Origin: Basidiobolus meristosporus CBS 931.73
Lineage: Eukaryota; Fungi; Basidiobolomycota
Length of the DNA stretch: 64,000 nt
Direction of reading: 5' to 3'
Assembly: GCA_002104905.1 (NCBI GenBank)
Contig: MCFE01000019.1
Location: 62,001 to 126,000 of the forward strand
Shown in pieces: positions 1 to 11,968 of the stretch (position 1 is the stretch's first letter; every line of letters starts with the position of its first letter). The notes under the pieces are model-generated. The model was not told the origin of the DNA. It made no database searches and was given only the letters and a program-made list of their open reading frames with translations. A program made the position numbers and the translations under genes.

Positions 1-1315
1 TGTTGTGGTGCGAAAGACACCAAACCCTCCTACCTCAGACAATATTTCTGAACCCCTCTCATGCGACGTTTTTATCATCCACTCCCCTCTATGCACCGGT
101 TTTGGTGAAGATATATCCTGCAGCCGTGCAAACATTTCGTATCATTTGAAGCTTTGCTCCAGAAGCTAGGACTCCCTGGTCTGCGCCTAGGCAAGGCATA
201 TCAGAGGAAACCAACTATGGTCCTTGGAGTTGCTTCTGAGATGTATATCAATTCTAGAGATCGCTTAATGTGGCTAAGCGATACCACACCTGCATCGAAT
301 TGAACATTGATGCGAAATGCTTGTGGCTGAAGGGCATCCATTGGCGAGACACTTTGATGCATGAGAGTAATGCTTCATGAATGAACCAAGGAAGTGACAA
401 ATGGCACACGGGCTTTGGAAAGCTGTGAACGCCAAATCGGGTTGCTTGCTATTAATCCGAGTGACATTATCCAAATAGAATCAGCGGATGGCACGTCGTG
501 GTTTTTGACTTGTTGACTTTATTCTCATGCTCAACAAGCCACATGAGCTCATCTGATGCGGGCAGAAAGAGCCCCAGTTTTGGTGATACCCACTATAGAG
601 TTGCAGACGTTTCTTATTCAGGTGATGTCAAAGGTGAGATTTTCTGTGTATTTCCAGGTAATATTTCAAGAATCCTGATGAGACAGGCTTTGTCTCATGT
701 TTTTCACGGGTTTATGCCACAATGCATTCGTATCTTTTCCGTTCAGCGGAATCGGCAATCCTGGTTTCTAGACAGCACACACTGGGAACAGAGTGATTGC
801 ATGCGGATTATAATTGATCCCTATCAGTAGGTGTCCAGGGAAATCTGATCGGTATTCCTCGCTGCCAGGTTTCCCCGAGTTTACTGAAGAATTGCCAGCT
901 TGACAGATTAGATTTGGTCTGTCTGCTCCATGGACCAGTGCTCTCCAATGGCCGTGCCCCATATCCAGGTGTAGCAGTGTTGAATTCGTAATACCTTGCG
1001 AAGGTTTTACCTCGATTATGCTACTCCTCGCATGAATATGCAGGATGTGTTATCGGGTCTGGGATTTTCCTTTTAGGCGCTGAAGAGTGGATCCCGCAAA
1101 GTTTGACATTTTATCAGCTAGTGTCTGAGAAACGGCAACACTCGGTGGGAGGGAATATCCGTTCGACGTAAGCAGACGTAGAAATCAATCAATCAATCAA
1201 TCAGCATCCATTGTGGCCTGACCTGAAGTAGTCAGGAATGTGTATATAATAGACGCGACCGCCTCTCGTTGTAGCCACATGAAGTATGCCATAAAATAGA
1301 CAGAGTTACTTGAAA

Positions 1316-2121
1316 ATGTCAATACGGAGCTCTTGTTTGGCCAACGCAACCTCGAAATCACGCACGAAACCGTCGACCGAAACATTACTAGGTAAGGTCC
1401 GTCTGTGTGGAAGGTAGTGTGGCGTTCTAACAGTTGCTGATACATAGGCATAACAGTGGAGATTATTCAGTATATCTGGCCAGACGAGCTACTTGATCAC
1501 CAACCAATTTCCCTCCGCACTTTCATTGAAGAGATCCTACGCCGGTCGGGCGTATCTTTCTCCATCCTATTTGCCGCTCTAATTTACCTGTTTCGATTTA
1601 AGAGCGCTCTAAACCTCAAGGACCATCAAACCGATGGCTTCCCTTCAACGTGTAAGGCTAGCAAATCAGGCCGTAGAATGTTCATCGCTTCGATCATCGT
1701 TGCCTCCAAATATCTGGAAGACCGAAGCCTTCCCAACTCACGCTGGTCGCACTTGACTGGCCTTAGCATCCCGGAAATAAATGCCAACGAACGGATATTT
1801 CTGGCACACTTGGGCTTTCGGCTATTCATGTCCCCGTCTTTGTTCACCTGGTGGATTACTCATCTCTTGGACAATTTAAATAATGCAGCTAAAACGACGC
1901 ACAGCAGGAGGAAAGCCAGCTGCGAGATTGCCTCCTTTAGGATCCGTGGGGTGCCTTTAAAAACCAGAAAACGAAGTATCCGAGTGCAGGCAAGGACTAG
2001 CGGCAACGTTCTGGGCTACCTCCCCCATCATGGGTCAGCGTTTATCCATCCTTACACAATGGTTGAGACGAATACTCATCGAACGTGGAACCGATCATCA
2101 CGGTTACGAGGGCCGTTCTAA
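1316..2121 (+). CDS. Pcl/Pho80-family cyclin (cyclin N-terminal fold), 2 exons: join(1316..1391,1457..2121), ~246 aa
   Basis: The track ORF 1456..2121 begins at a GTG that is really the CAG acceptor of a 65-nt GT-AG intron (gtaagg at 1392, cag ending 1456, branch-like gctgat). The ATG at 1316 splices in frame (G|TG=Val). The protein has cyclin-box motifs SFSILFAALIYLFRFK and RRMFIASIIVASKYLEDRSLPNSRWS...EINANERIFLAHLGFRL. Confidence 0.85.
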
Positions 2122-2594
2122 AACCAACTCATGACAAAACAACCACTGTGCAATGAAGTATCATAGGCTAGCCCTGTAGTAACACTTCATAGAATTAAAT
2201 AGCGTCGCCTATAGAACTTGGCCTGCGGGGTAACATTGATATTAGCATTGTATTACGCCAAGTATACAAATCTGGGTTTACTCCTCCAGATTTGTACACA
2301 GCCCGCTCAAATTAAATTAACAAGAACAAAAATGATATACATTTAAAAAGGGGCCATTATCAGGAAAATGGATGGGGAAGGGGATTACAAGCAATAATGA
2401 ATGTTGATCTTGTGGAATGGCTAATTTGAGCGAAATTGGATTCCAGCTCAAAGCACATCTGCTCAAATCACACAGTAGAGAGCGTGAGACCATGGAACAT
2501 CGAATCCAGGCGAATATCCGTCGGTATTAAAGTTGTCAAAAGCTGGAATGGAGAAGTCGTAACTAGGCGAGGGCTTTATCGTCCGTGGCACTGA

Positions 2595-5558
2595 TTAGGA
2601 CCAAGAGGCGTGGCTGTTAAATCTTGGTCGTGTTTTCTCCTCGATTCTCAAGTGATTCATCTTTTCAATGAAGGGGTGCTCAAGATCCTCACCTACCTCC
2701 ACATCCAGGGTCAAAGACGAGGTCGATAAAGGTGACGATACATACGATGGTGGTGGCGTTTCCATGTTAATGCTGGTGCTTGCATTGGTGGACGTGCTAT
2801 TCCGCTCTTGATAACTGTGTGTACTAGCATCACTGTTTCTACGACTTCCTTGAGTCTCTTCAGTTGCCTGGTTAGCTCTTTCACTTTCCTCATCAAGGGC
2901 TTTTTGAAGGCAGTCGACATAGGTCTGATATTTGATCAGTTCCCTGAGTATGTATTGGGATTTTCTCTCATAATTCGAAAAGGCCTTGGCCATGTTAGGT
3001 GACTTTGGAGAAAACTGTGACACGAAAGAGAATGTCAGTTCAACTCTCATCTACAGAAGGAATGTAGTATACCGACCCGAGCCTCTAACACTTCCCGTAG
3101 TTTCATATGCAAGTCTAGCTCATGCTCGAGATTTTTGACATGCTTGAATAGATTCTCGTGTTGTTGATACTATGAGAGGGAGACTATGAGCATGCGGCGT
3201 TTTCAGAGATTACTCCTGATCATACCTTGTTCAATGGCGACTTGACCATTGGATTTGCTGGCTCTGTCCAATCTTGTAGTTGTACGTGGGAATCATATCC
3301 AGGTGGCAAAGGTACGCTCTTATTCTGGGGAGTCAACTGCTCCCCACTCTTCCCCCATCCATAATCCAGATTCGAAACACCACCAGGGAGCGGCTCTCTA
3401 CTCTCACATGCTGCCCAGTAATTGCATACAAACACCCACTCCTGAACTTTCTCGGCTGTGCTTGCCTGGAATAAATACACCCCCCCATTGGGCAGCTGTA
3501 ATGCGAATACGTGGGGTCTCGAAGAAGAGTGCCCTGGTGGTGGAAGGGCAGACGACAAAGTATGTCGCAAGGATATATGCCCCATTTGAGAAGCCCAATC
3601 CTAGGCAACAATTGTATCAGAATCAAGATCGAAAAGCATCATGAATGTTGTAATTGCAATCACCTCCGAGAACTCGGCCCCTAATTTGCCACGATCAGCC
3701 TTGTACATTCGGAAGTCGCCCTTATCAACCACAACAAAGCAATCCTTCCATTGTCTGTTGGATGCTTTTTTGTTATTCTTCTCGTACAGGTGCTTTCTGG
3801 TCATCATGCCTAGCTTAGTATACCGAACATCTTCGTTTGTAATCGATAAGGTTACGGCGTTTACTCCTCGCTCGACAGGCGAGGAAGATCTTGAGGATCT
3901 TGAGAAGGAGGACGAGGCTGGTAACTGAAGCGAGCTTCTGCCATACTCCCGATTCATCTGAGAAGATAAGAATTTAGTGGGAGTTGAAGGCAAAAAGATA
4001 TCACGGCTAATTTACATCAAATGGAGAAGAGGAGCGAGATCCCGGTCTGCTTCGGGCCCGTCTCAAGGCGTTGGAAGAAGAGGTTCGCTGAAATCCGAAG
4101 CCCCCAAATGTCCCGACGAATGAAGATCTGCGTCTGCCTGATGTACGATCATTAGGCTGTGGTATTTGGTTATGTTTAACCGATGTGTACATTTCCTAAT
4201 AGAAGCCATCAGTAAAAGGAGTAGCAATACAAGTTTGCTAGACGAGCAATCTTTACTTTGAGCAAATCAACGAGATCATCTTCGCAGTGACTACTTCTAC
4301 TTGCTTTACTGTTAACGGAAGACTGACCACTTTGGGCACTTCCAACAGAAGAGTGAATAGTGTCGTTTCCCTGGCCTATATAACGGCAAGCTCGGATGGT
4401 TGCCAAGGTATTTTTAACAAACTCACTTTTGCTGATTTTATGGTTGGACTGTGCAACATGTAAATCTGTATTGAGCAGAAGTATCGAGTAGACAATAGTG
4501 TAAATTGTGTCTAAACAAATAGACAAGAATTTTCGGTTAGCGATTTGAACGGGGAGGAATCTCGAAGTCAACTTACCTTGATCAGACAGTACTCCGCCTC
4601 TGTTGCATTCCCAGTACCTTCTCGAGAACTCGTTCAGAATTCGATCGATGATTTGTGCTTCACCACGAAGGAATAGACAAGAGCAAAAGAATCTTTGGTT
4701 TCCTTGGATTAGCCTGGCTGCCAAACATTCAGTGTTCGAAGAGGTTACCTGAATGCGTTCTCGAGTCTCATCCCCGTAAAATCAAAATGATCCATGTACT
4801 TGCGCAGCACCAATATATTGAGCTTGCCGCTACAACAATCGTAAGGGCATTTAATAACTCTGTCAAGTCGCACCGCTCAAGGATACTCTTACCGTTTCCC
4901 AAGAAATTCGGCTATTTCTTCTCGCTTCATAAACTCATCTTCCTCATAGAGCCTTTGTGCCATCATGACAGCTTCATCCAGCAATTGCATATCGCCGCTA
5001 TCTGGCTCAGTTTCCGACAGACTAACCACCTCCGCATCAGGGATACTATGCGCATCGCCACACTCGTCCATAACCGTGATTTCTGGTTGACCCATATGCT
5101 GAGGTTTCCCTTTCTCAGGGACCGTCTTCAGTACAGGGAATTTGGTCAAATACGTTAATAGACTTTTTCGACGTGGACGTTGTGAAGCACCACTTTGGTT
5201 AAGAAACGACGTAGGATCCGTGGCTATTTGGTTGGCAATTGAGAAATCACTGGTGGCGGTTGTGTTGGTATTGGTGTTCAAGTTTGTAACCGGAGGCGTC
5301 GCAGCCCCCAAAAGATAATGTGGAAACTGGGTTGCGCGCTCATTTGCTTTCGTGTTGCTTATCGAGGCGGAACTTCCTGATTCTGGAAACTCTTTGCTTG
5401 ATGCTAATTTAAGTTAACGCAGATTAATTGGGGAAAGGTGAACGCAGCAGGAGTAAAAGGCGTCAATCCAATATATAGAGGAGAAAGCGTCAGTAAAGTG
5501 GAAGAGATATGAAACGTAGCGAAATGATATTACAGTGCGGTGCGTCAAGTGAGCTCAT
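2595..5558 (-). CDS. Sec7-domain + PH-domain Arf guanine nucleotide exchange factor (fungal Syt1/EFA6-like); complement(join(2595..3014,3077..3169,3226..3600,3664..3957,4016..4195,4257..4510,4577..4692,4749..4829,4893..5403,5534..5558)), ~782 aa
   Basis: Sec7 motifs EIAEFLGK, VLRKYMDHFDFTGMRLENAFR, FLRGEAQIIDRILNEFSRRYWECN, YSILLLNTDLH, LKEMYTSVKHNQIPQP. PH motifs GMMTRKHLYE...RQWKDCFVVV and HTLSSALPPPG...RPHVFALQLPNGGVYLFQ...EWVFVCNYWAA. C-terminal NYERKSQYILRELIKYQTYVDCL. All nine introns are GT-AG and in phase, and the summed exon length (2349 nt) is divisible by 3. The first 25-nt exon is the least certain. Confidence 0.88.
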
Positions 5559-8500
5559 GGCAAAGGAAGGGAGCTTTACGAATAAAGAAGAACCAGAAAG
5601 GATAGGTGGTAATTAGTTAATTATACGGCCAGCGCCTTTTTTAGATATGAACCAATTACCCTGTAAGGTTTATAAGAACTATGGCAATGCTGAATATCTT
5701 GGGTATTAAGGCTAAGATTAAGGAATTAGACAGAGATATATATAGTTAGTGAAGATTTGTACAAGGCAGTTGGCCAATGGGAGCCGGTAGGGTAATATGA
5801 ATTTTCTATTAGGACAAAACTTTACTCCAAGGGAGGAGACAAGATTGATCATGGCAAAATCACTCCATGCCCAGTGGAGGTTCGGGAACGTAGTCTTAGA
5901 AGGGATATGGGTATGCTCATACCTTATTTGTAAGGAGAGTTAAAGCAATTGATTGACAGATGTACGTTTTAGAACAACAACGATACGACCAGCGCCAGTC
6001 AATCAAATAGAGGGAATGAATTTTTAGAGCAACAGACAAGTCAAAGCCAGTGTATGTGAGAAGGTGGATATGAGAGACACGGTGACTTGAAACAAAAAGT
6101 GGATGGTGAATTAATAGAAGCCGCTACTTATAGATATTGGCTACTAAATAGGGGCTCTAAAAATCAGGAGAGCAAAATTAATTAATGGACTACCCAACCG
6201 ATTGGCACGCACCTTCTCTCTACTGCGAAACTGGGCACTGGAGAGCCAATGCTACATCAAAATAGTAATTCAACTGGAAGACACGTAAGGGTCAAACGTT
6301 GTACGGTGCTGTTTCTTAAGAGATGAACAGATCTTCCAGATGCTATTTGAGGGGTACAGCACAGAATGGAAGGATTTGGAGAGCGACTGAAGATGTACCA
6401 TGCGCAATAAGAGAGAACGCACTTCAAGTGGCCATGAACAATATGAATGTAACATATCTAAGATATGCACCCCGATAAGGAGATATCAACCTATCGTGCA
6501 AGACATCTCCTCGCCAACCTATCTATTAACTCAAACAAACAATGCAATATAAAAGGGAAATTTTGATAAACTTGGTAAATTGCTGCCGCTGCCATTGCGA
6601 ATTCGTTGAGCATAAAATATGTAGCACAGTCTTCTGATCAACAATGGTGAGGCAGTCCACCATGCGCATCCAAACATGGACCACTGGGTAACCTGAGGTG
6701 TGTTGTTGTGCATTTGTGAGATCCACAACTTTCTCGCCAATGGTGTTGGTGTTGCCAAACCCATTTAATCCTCGACCTGTGCTCCATTTTAGGGCCTGTG
6801 ATGAACTCAAAAATACTTATGAACCTCCTCAAGGTCCACAGACTTGTGGTCACAATCGAAGGCTCACTTGCCTAGACCGATTGAAATCACATTTGAAACC
6901 AAATTAATTACAGTGAAGCTTAATTAAACATGGGATCTCGTTGATTGGCTGGATGGGTTAGTAATCATACATACTACTCAAGTTGGGTATTTCTGACACG
7001 GAACCATATTTGACATAAGGTGTTGGATCAGATGACCGTCTGTATGATGCTAGTGCTAGAGTAACTACTGACTACTGAAGTATTGTTCACATTTGAGTTT
7101 AAGTTTAGTTCTTGCTACGATTTTACTCTCAACATGCTGTCAAGGTAGTGGTTGCTAAGGGCTCGTTGATCATCCACCAAGTAGTCTCCATTATCCTACC
7201 AAACTTTCATGCACTTTCCGTTCTCTCGTGAGATTCATGTTTTCACAAATGGATATCATACACCTAAATTGAGGGGATCACCATGGCTGAAGTCAATACA
7301 GATATAGATATTGTAATTAGAAGTCTTTGATGCAACTTTTCAACAAAGAATCCTAAGAGACCTCGAGTAAAAATCGGTTCGTCCTATCTTGACTGCTGTG
7401 TGATGAACTAGGTATATTTGCAGTGGCAGAATACGATGCAAGAAAGCACTTCTAAGGTTTATGATACTTCAGACTGCTTCCAAAAGTGCTGCAAAAATTG
7501 TACCATCAAGCACAAAAAGCTACTTGTATTATTTAGTATAGAGTATTCTCTTAGTCTATCCTTTAATTTCAGACCGCAGTAACAGATTAGAGGCTGGGAA
7601 CAGGACGATATATGTGATATGACTATTGTGGGTTTGTTGAAATCTGATCAACTACCATTTGTAGTAGTGTGCTATCGAATCGTATCTCATACCTCAATCT
7701 AGGTATATAAACTGATATACAGAAGTTACGGTAAAATATGTCTTACAAAGAAAGGATTTTAATGAACGAAATTGTACGATACACTAGCATTCTGAACCAG
7801 TAAGTGTATCCCTTGAGCCAAGCTCTATTCTATCAATGAAACAAACATAGCCATCTCTAGGCGTTGTTATTTCAGTTGGATCCGTTAACACTCCCCTGAA
7901 TCAAATATTGATTAATTTCTGGAGGGATATGTTCGCAGTAATACTGGTAATCCTTCAAACTAAATCGTTTCATGTATCTACTGATTTACCAAGGGAAATG
8001 TAAATTTCTGGATCTAAATAAACCAAAAATCGATCTTCATAGGCATTAAGGGCGCCATCCCCATCATGGTTTCAGAATTGATGGTCGAGAGCGGAGACAG
8101 CTACTATTGGTACATGCTACCACGACAAACTACTCAAATCCCGGGCCAGAATTGGAGGTGGCGTTTTGAGGCGATTCTATACAGTATCACAAATATATTG
8201 TGTACCATCCATTGGATGGGGAGATGGCAAGATCTCAACGTCCAATGTGAAACACAACTTGGAAAGACATTCAGAGAGGAGGCTTCTTGTACAACTTACG
8301 CAGAAATTACATTTGAAAAGGTTGTTAATTCGAAGTCCAGGGACTTTCAGCTACGCTCAGCTATAAGCTCAGGAAGCCGCCAGAATGCCGTGGTAATACC
8401 AAGTTTCTCTACAACAGATCCCTGATGGTGTGTGCTTGCATGTGAAAACCATGTGATCCACTTAAAGGGTCCTTGTTCAGTAAATTGTAGTAGCGCACGC

Positions 8501-10915
8501 ACCTTTATCAACGAGTGTGGTGTGTTAAATATCTCAAGGAATCGACAAGCATTGGTGGATATGCGACAGACCAACCATGATTTGGGTCATATGTAGCTTG
8601 ACTACGGGCTGAAGACTGTATCATGGAGATGCATGTGTTTGTGACTTGTGACTGGCATTAAAATGTACCCAATGACGATTCAAATCATATAAGACAGTTT
8701 GGATTGCGGATTTTTGTGCAGTTTGTTTGCTATCACATAGGCCGCGGGTAGTTAGTGGATGAATATAGTGCAGAAGAAGGTCAATTTGAGGCATAATCAT
8801 GTTGCTCAGTGGCACCTAGGTTGCCACTAATCTATAAGCTATCTCTCAAGTGATATCTCTTTATGGCAATCTAGCTAGCGATGCAGGCAAGCCAACAGTC
8901 ATTACCAAGCTGGTTTCATGTTTCCATGGCAGACATGTGCTGTGATGTTTCACAGTAGTTCGCACGTTGACATGCATGAGCAAACTTAGAATAATACAGA
9001 AATAAGTTGGTCGAGTGCCCAATATTATCGTGGATTTACTTGGAAAAATACGATGCGTGGGATGAAATGGATCGGAGTGTTCTCAGCATTCCATCCAGAA
9101 AAGGATCAGAGATAGCTAAAAGTACAAGTAGGATACTGGCTTCAAGCGGAATGAACCGACTGGTCTAGAAATAAAGCTGTGATGCATTTCATTGGTATAG
9201 CTACGATTTTCCTGTGGATGGAAGCTGCCGAGATATCAAGTGAAAATATCAAACTCCGATGTTATTTGATGGAAAGACCTTTGGGCTCCTTCAGATGAAT
9301 TTCCCAACGCTTTAGGACGTCAGAGTGTCACTTGAAGATAGCTAAACAAAAGCATGTATTTCCTCGTCTATACAGATGAATAAATCCTCACATATTCTAG
9401 ATAGATGTGCCTCCATCCTGAATGATAAGGTGATAAGGATGGTGAGAGGTAACCGCATTGAGACATCTGCTCTTTTTGAAACCACCCCCATTACAGCGTG
9501 AATGCAATGATGATTGTTTATTGCGATGGGTAAGTACGGAGTTTCATTGAGAGTTGTGGGTACTGTTTTACAGTTGATGGAATTAACCTTTAACTGGATT
9601 TAGGAATACATGTAAGATAGGTACCGTGTCTCAGATTAATATATTTATACCTACTTGATAGCAGAAAGGCCAAGGAAATGCTCAGTAACTGAATCTCACA
9701 CTCTATTTACATGCAAAGCATATTGATTCGCTAAATACCACTATTGGCACAACCAGTTTGGGGTTCGGCCACATGTGCTCAGTTAATTTACTCAACTATT
9801 GAGGTCTAATCCAGAAGCCATTCAAGTCTTATGCTTGTCAAGTGGAGTGAAGTAAATGCTGAAGTTTCACATCACGGGGTGCCCTATATTGACGCTAAGC
9901 TGTGAATCTGGAACTGTTGTTCAACAATGATCCACTGGTAATTAAATGCCAAATCCTCACTTAAGCCATCCATTTTAGACCAATATCTTTCGAAAACCAA
10001 TGGATTATTTGAGCTACTGTAAATACTCTGTTTCTTGGTTTCGGCTAATTTGCCTTCGATTGCTCCCAATCCTGGATATTCATCGGTAGATTTCTGAAAG
10101 TCTTGTCTGGACTCCGCCAAGTAATAGAATCCACAGAGTATGTGTACCCTCTCGTTCCACCAGGGTGGTTCACCAGTACGTTGCACTGGAAGGCAATTTT
10201 GCTGCCATCCATTCTAGAAGTAGGTGAATCTAAGCGACGCTGGAGATGGTCCATGTGGAATTCGTTTGATCATTTTGCAATCTACAGGTGAGGGTATTAA
10301 CTCCATTTCATAGGGCAAGTCGCATAGCATTCGGCCCTTGTGTGCCAATTGAGATCGGGTATACGCAGAACTAGCAACCATCTATAGGTTACTGACAAGC
10401 TTTTATTAGGCGCTCTCAGCCATTCTATTTGAGTTATGCCTACCTATGAGCATGACAAACCAACAGTTTAATGCTTGAGATCAGGGCAATATGGTAATGA
10501 ATGGGGATCATAATGCACCTCAAGTATGGATCAACATAATTTGTTACATTTTGGGCCACACCGTCACATAGAGTAATTCTATAATACATACTATTAAAAG
10601 TACCCGTTCGCGAATTAATCAGTAATGGCTCTTAGGCTCCAAGTCAATGTTTATGAATTTATCTTGTTATATCCAGTTCCAAAATCTTGATAATAAAGCG
10701 TCCAATGGTTCAGAGCACAATATGTGGTGATACATATCCAGTAGTCCACGAAACCTGCTATAAAAGAGCAATGTGTGCGTTTGTCAATGTATGGGATAGA
10801 AGAGATTTTGCTCTTGTTACTTTAGCGTATTTTGAAGCTCGTGCCAGTCTGTCGCTGTTTGCCAACTACCCAGGTGTTAGTTTCAACATTGCCTTCAGTA
10901 CCACGGAAGAAGCAT

Positions 10916-11968
10916 ATGTCCAGGCCAATCTCAGATATGAATTCAAACAATTTCTCGGCTACTCATCTCAACCACCCCACAGGCGTAAAGATTTACTCTC
11001 CCAATGTTGCTGCTGACCTAATTCAATATCATCAAGTTGCCCACCAGACTTACAGATCCGATGATCAACTTTTTGCCTACTCTAAGTATGCTCGAAATAC
11101 TGTAGTTAAGAGAGAAAACCAACATTGCGGGATACCATTCAACTCATGGATGTACACTCATCGTTATAATGAGCTTGTGCCTGCCAGTGTCAGCAACTAT
11201 CCCCCCACTCATCCAAGTAGTTCCCATCAGCGGCACTCGCAAAGCTATACGCCAGGAATGCAGCGAAACGACCGCGAGTTTGAGCCTAGCTTTGCGATGT
11301 ATAGAAAAGCAAGTGTTCCTACCTATGTGCAAGAAAAGACAGCTTTATTTCCAAATGGCCACATGTCGGATGTCGATTTGCAGCGCTATCACCCATACGA
11401 CAAGCAGTACTTTCCAGCAAGATTTCCTACTGGAGCCGAGGAGAGCAATGGCAGTTCGCCCATTAAGCCCAAGCGAAAGAGAGCCAACGCCAATCAGCTA
11501 AAAGTGCTTAACCAGCTATTCCAGCAAACATTTTTCCCTTCCACTGAGCTCCGGATACAATTGGGTAAGCAATTAGGCATGAGCCCAAGAACAGTGCAGA
11601 TATGGTTCCAAAACAAACGACAGGCGTGGCGAATTCGTAACCAGTTTTTTTCCGGTAAAGGGGAAGATAAACTCACTGATGTGCCGTCGTCACCAGAGGC
11701 ATGCCTGGTCCCGACCCCCGTAACCTCCTCGCCAAAATCTGCTACAGCGTCTGTTCCAAAACCTGCTGATGTGACCGGTTGTGGAGATTTCCAATTACCT
11801 CCTATTTTCAATATGGACTCGCCTGTGCCAAAGGTTGATCGAGATAACTCTATTTCAAGAGCGGAAGAAGGTGACCGGACTAAGAAGGAGCGCCCTCTCC
11901 TTCCATCACTAAGTGAAATCATCAAACAGGAACCACGAACCATCGGCGCTGGTTCGTTTTACTACTAA
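10916..11968 (+). CDS. Homeobox transcription factor, ~350 aa (homeodomain ~11467-11640)
   Basis: First ATG of track ORF 10832..11968 is at 10916. Canonical homeodomain KPKRKRANANQLKVLNQLFQQTFFPSTELRIQLGKQLGMSPRTVQIWFQNKRQAWR (WFQNKR helix 3), flanked by low-complexity S/P-rich arms. Confidence 0.9.
   Translation: MSRPISDMNSNNFSATHLNHPTGVKIYSPNVAADLIQYHQVAHQTYRSDDQLFAYSKYARNTVVKRENQHCGIPFNSWMYTHRYNELVPASVSNYPPTHPSSSHQRHSQSYTPGMQRNDREFEPSFAMYRKASVPTYVQEKTALFPNGHMSDVDLQRYHPYDKQYFPARFPTGAEESNGSSPIKPKRKRANANQLKVLNQLFQQTFFPSTELRIQLGKQLGMSPRTVQIWFQNKRQAWRIRNQFFSGKGEDKLTDVPSSPEACLVPTPVTSSPKSATASVPKPADVTGCGDFQLPPIFNMDSPVPKVDRDNSISRAEEGDRTKKERPLLPSLSEIIKQEPRTIGAGSFYY

Noticed and set aside
4655-5158. 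167-aa plus-strand ORF and similar antisense ORFs (3249..3644, 11494..11943)
   Set aside because: Shadow frames opposite well-supported genes; no recognisable domain.
7021-7345. TGTTGG...TTCAACA segment resembling a solo LTR
   Set aside because: Flanks TAAGG and AAGAA are not a 5-bp duplication, and there is no second copy in the window.
10687-11016. 109-aa ORF overlapping the homeobox 5' end, and the upstream TTG/GTG extension of ORF 10832
   Set aside because: No motif or ATG support; the first in-frame ATG of the homeobox ORF is 10916.
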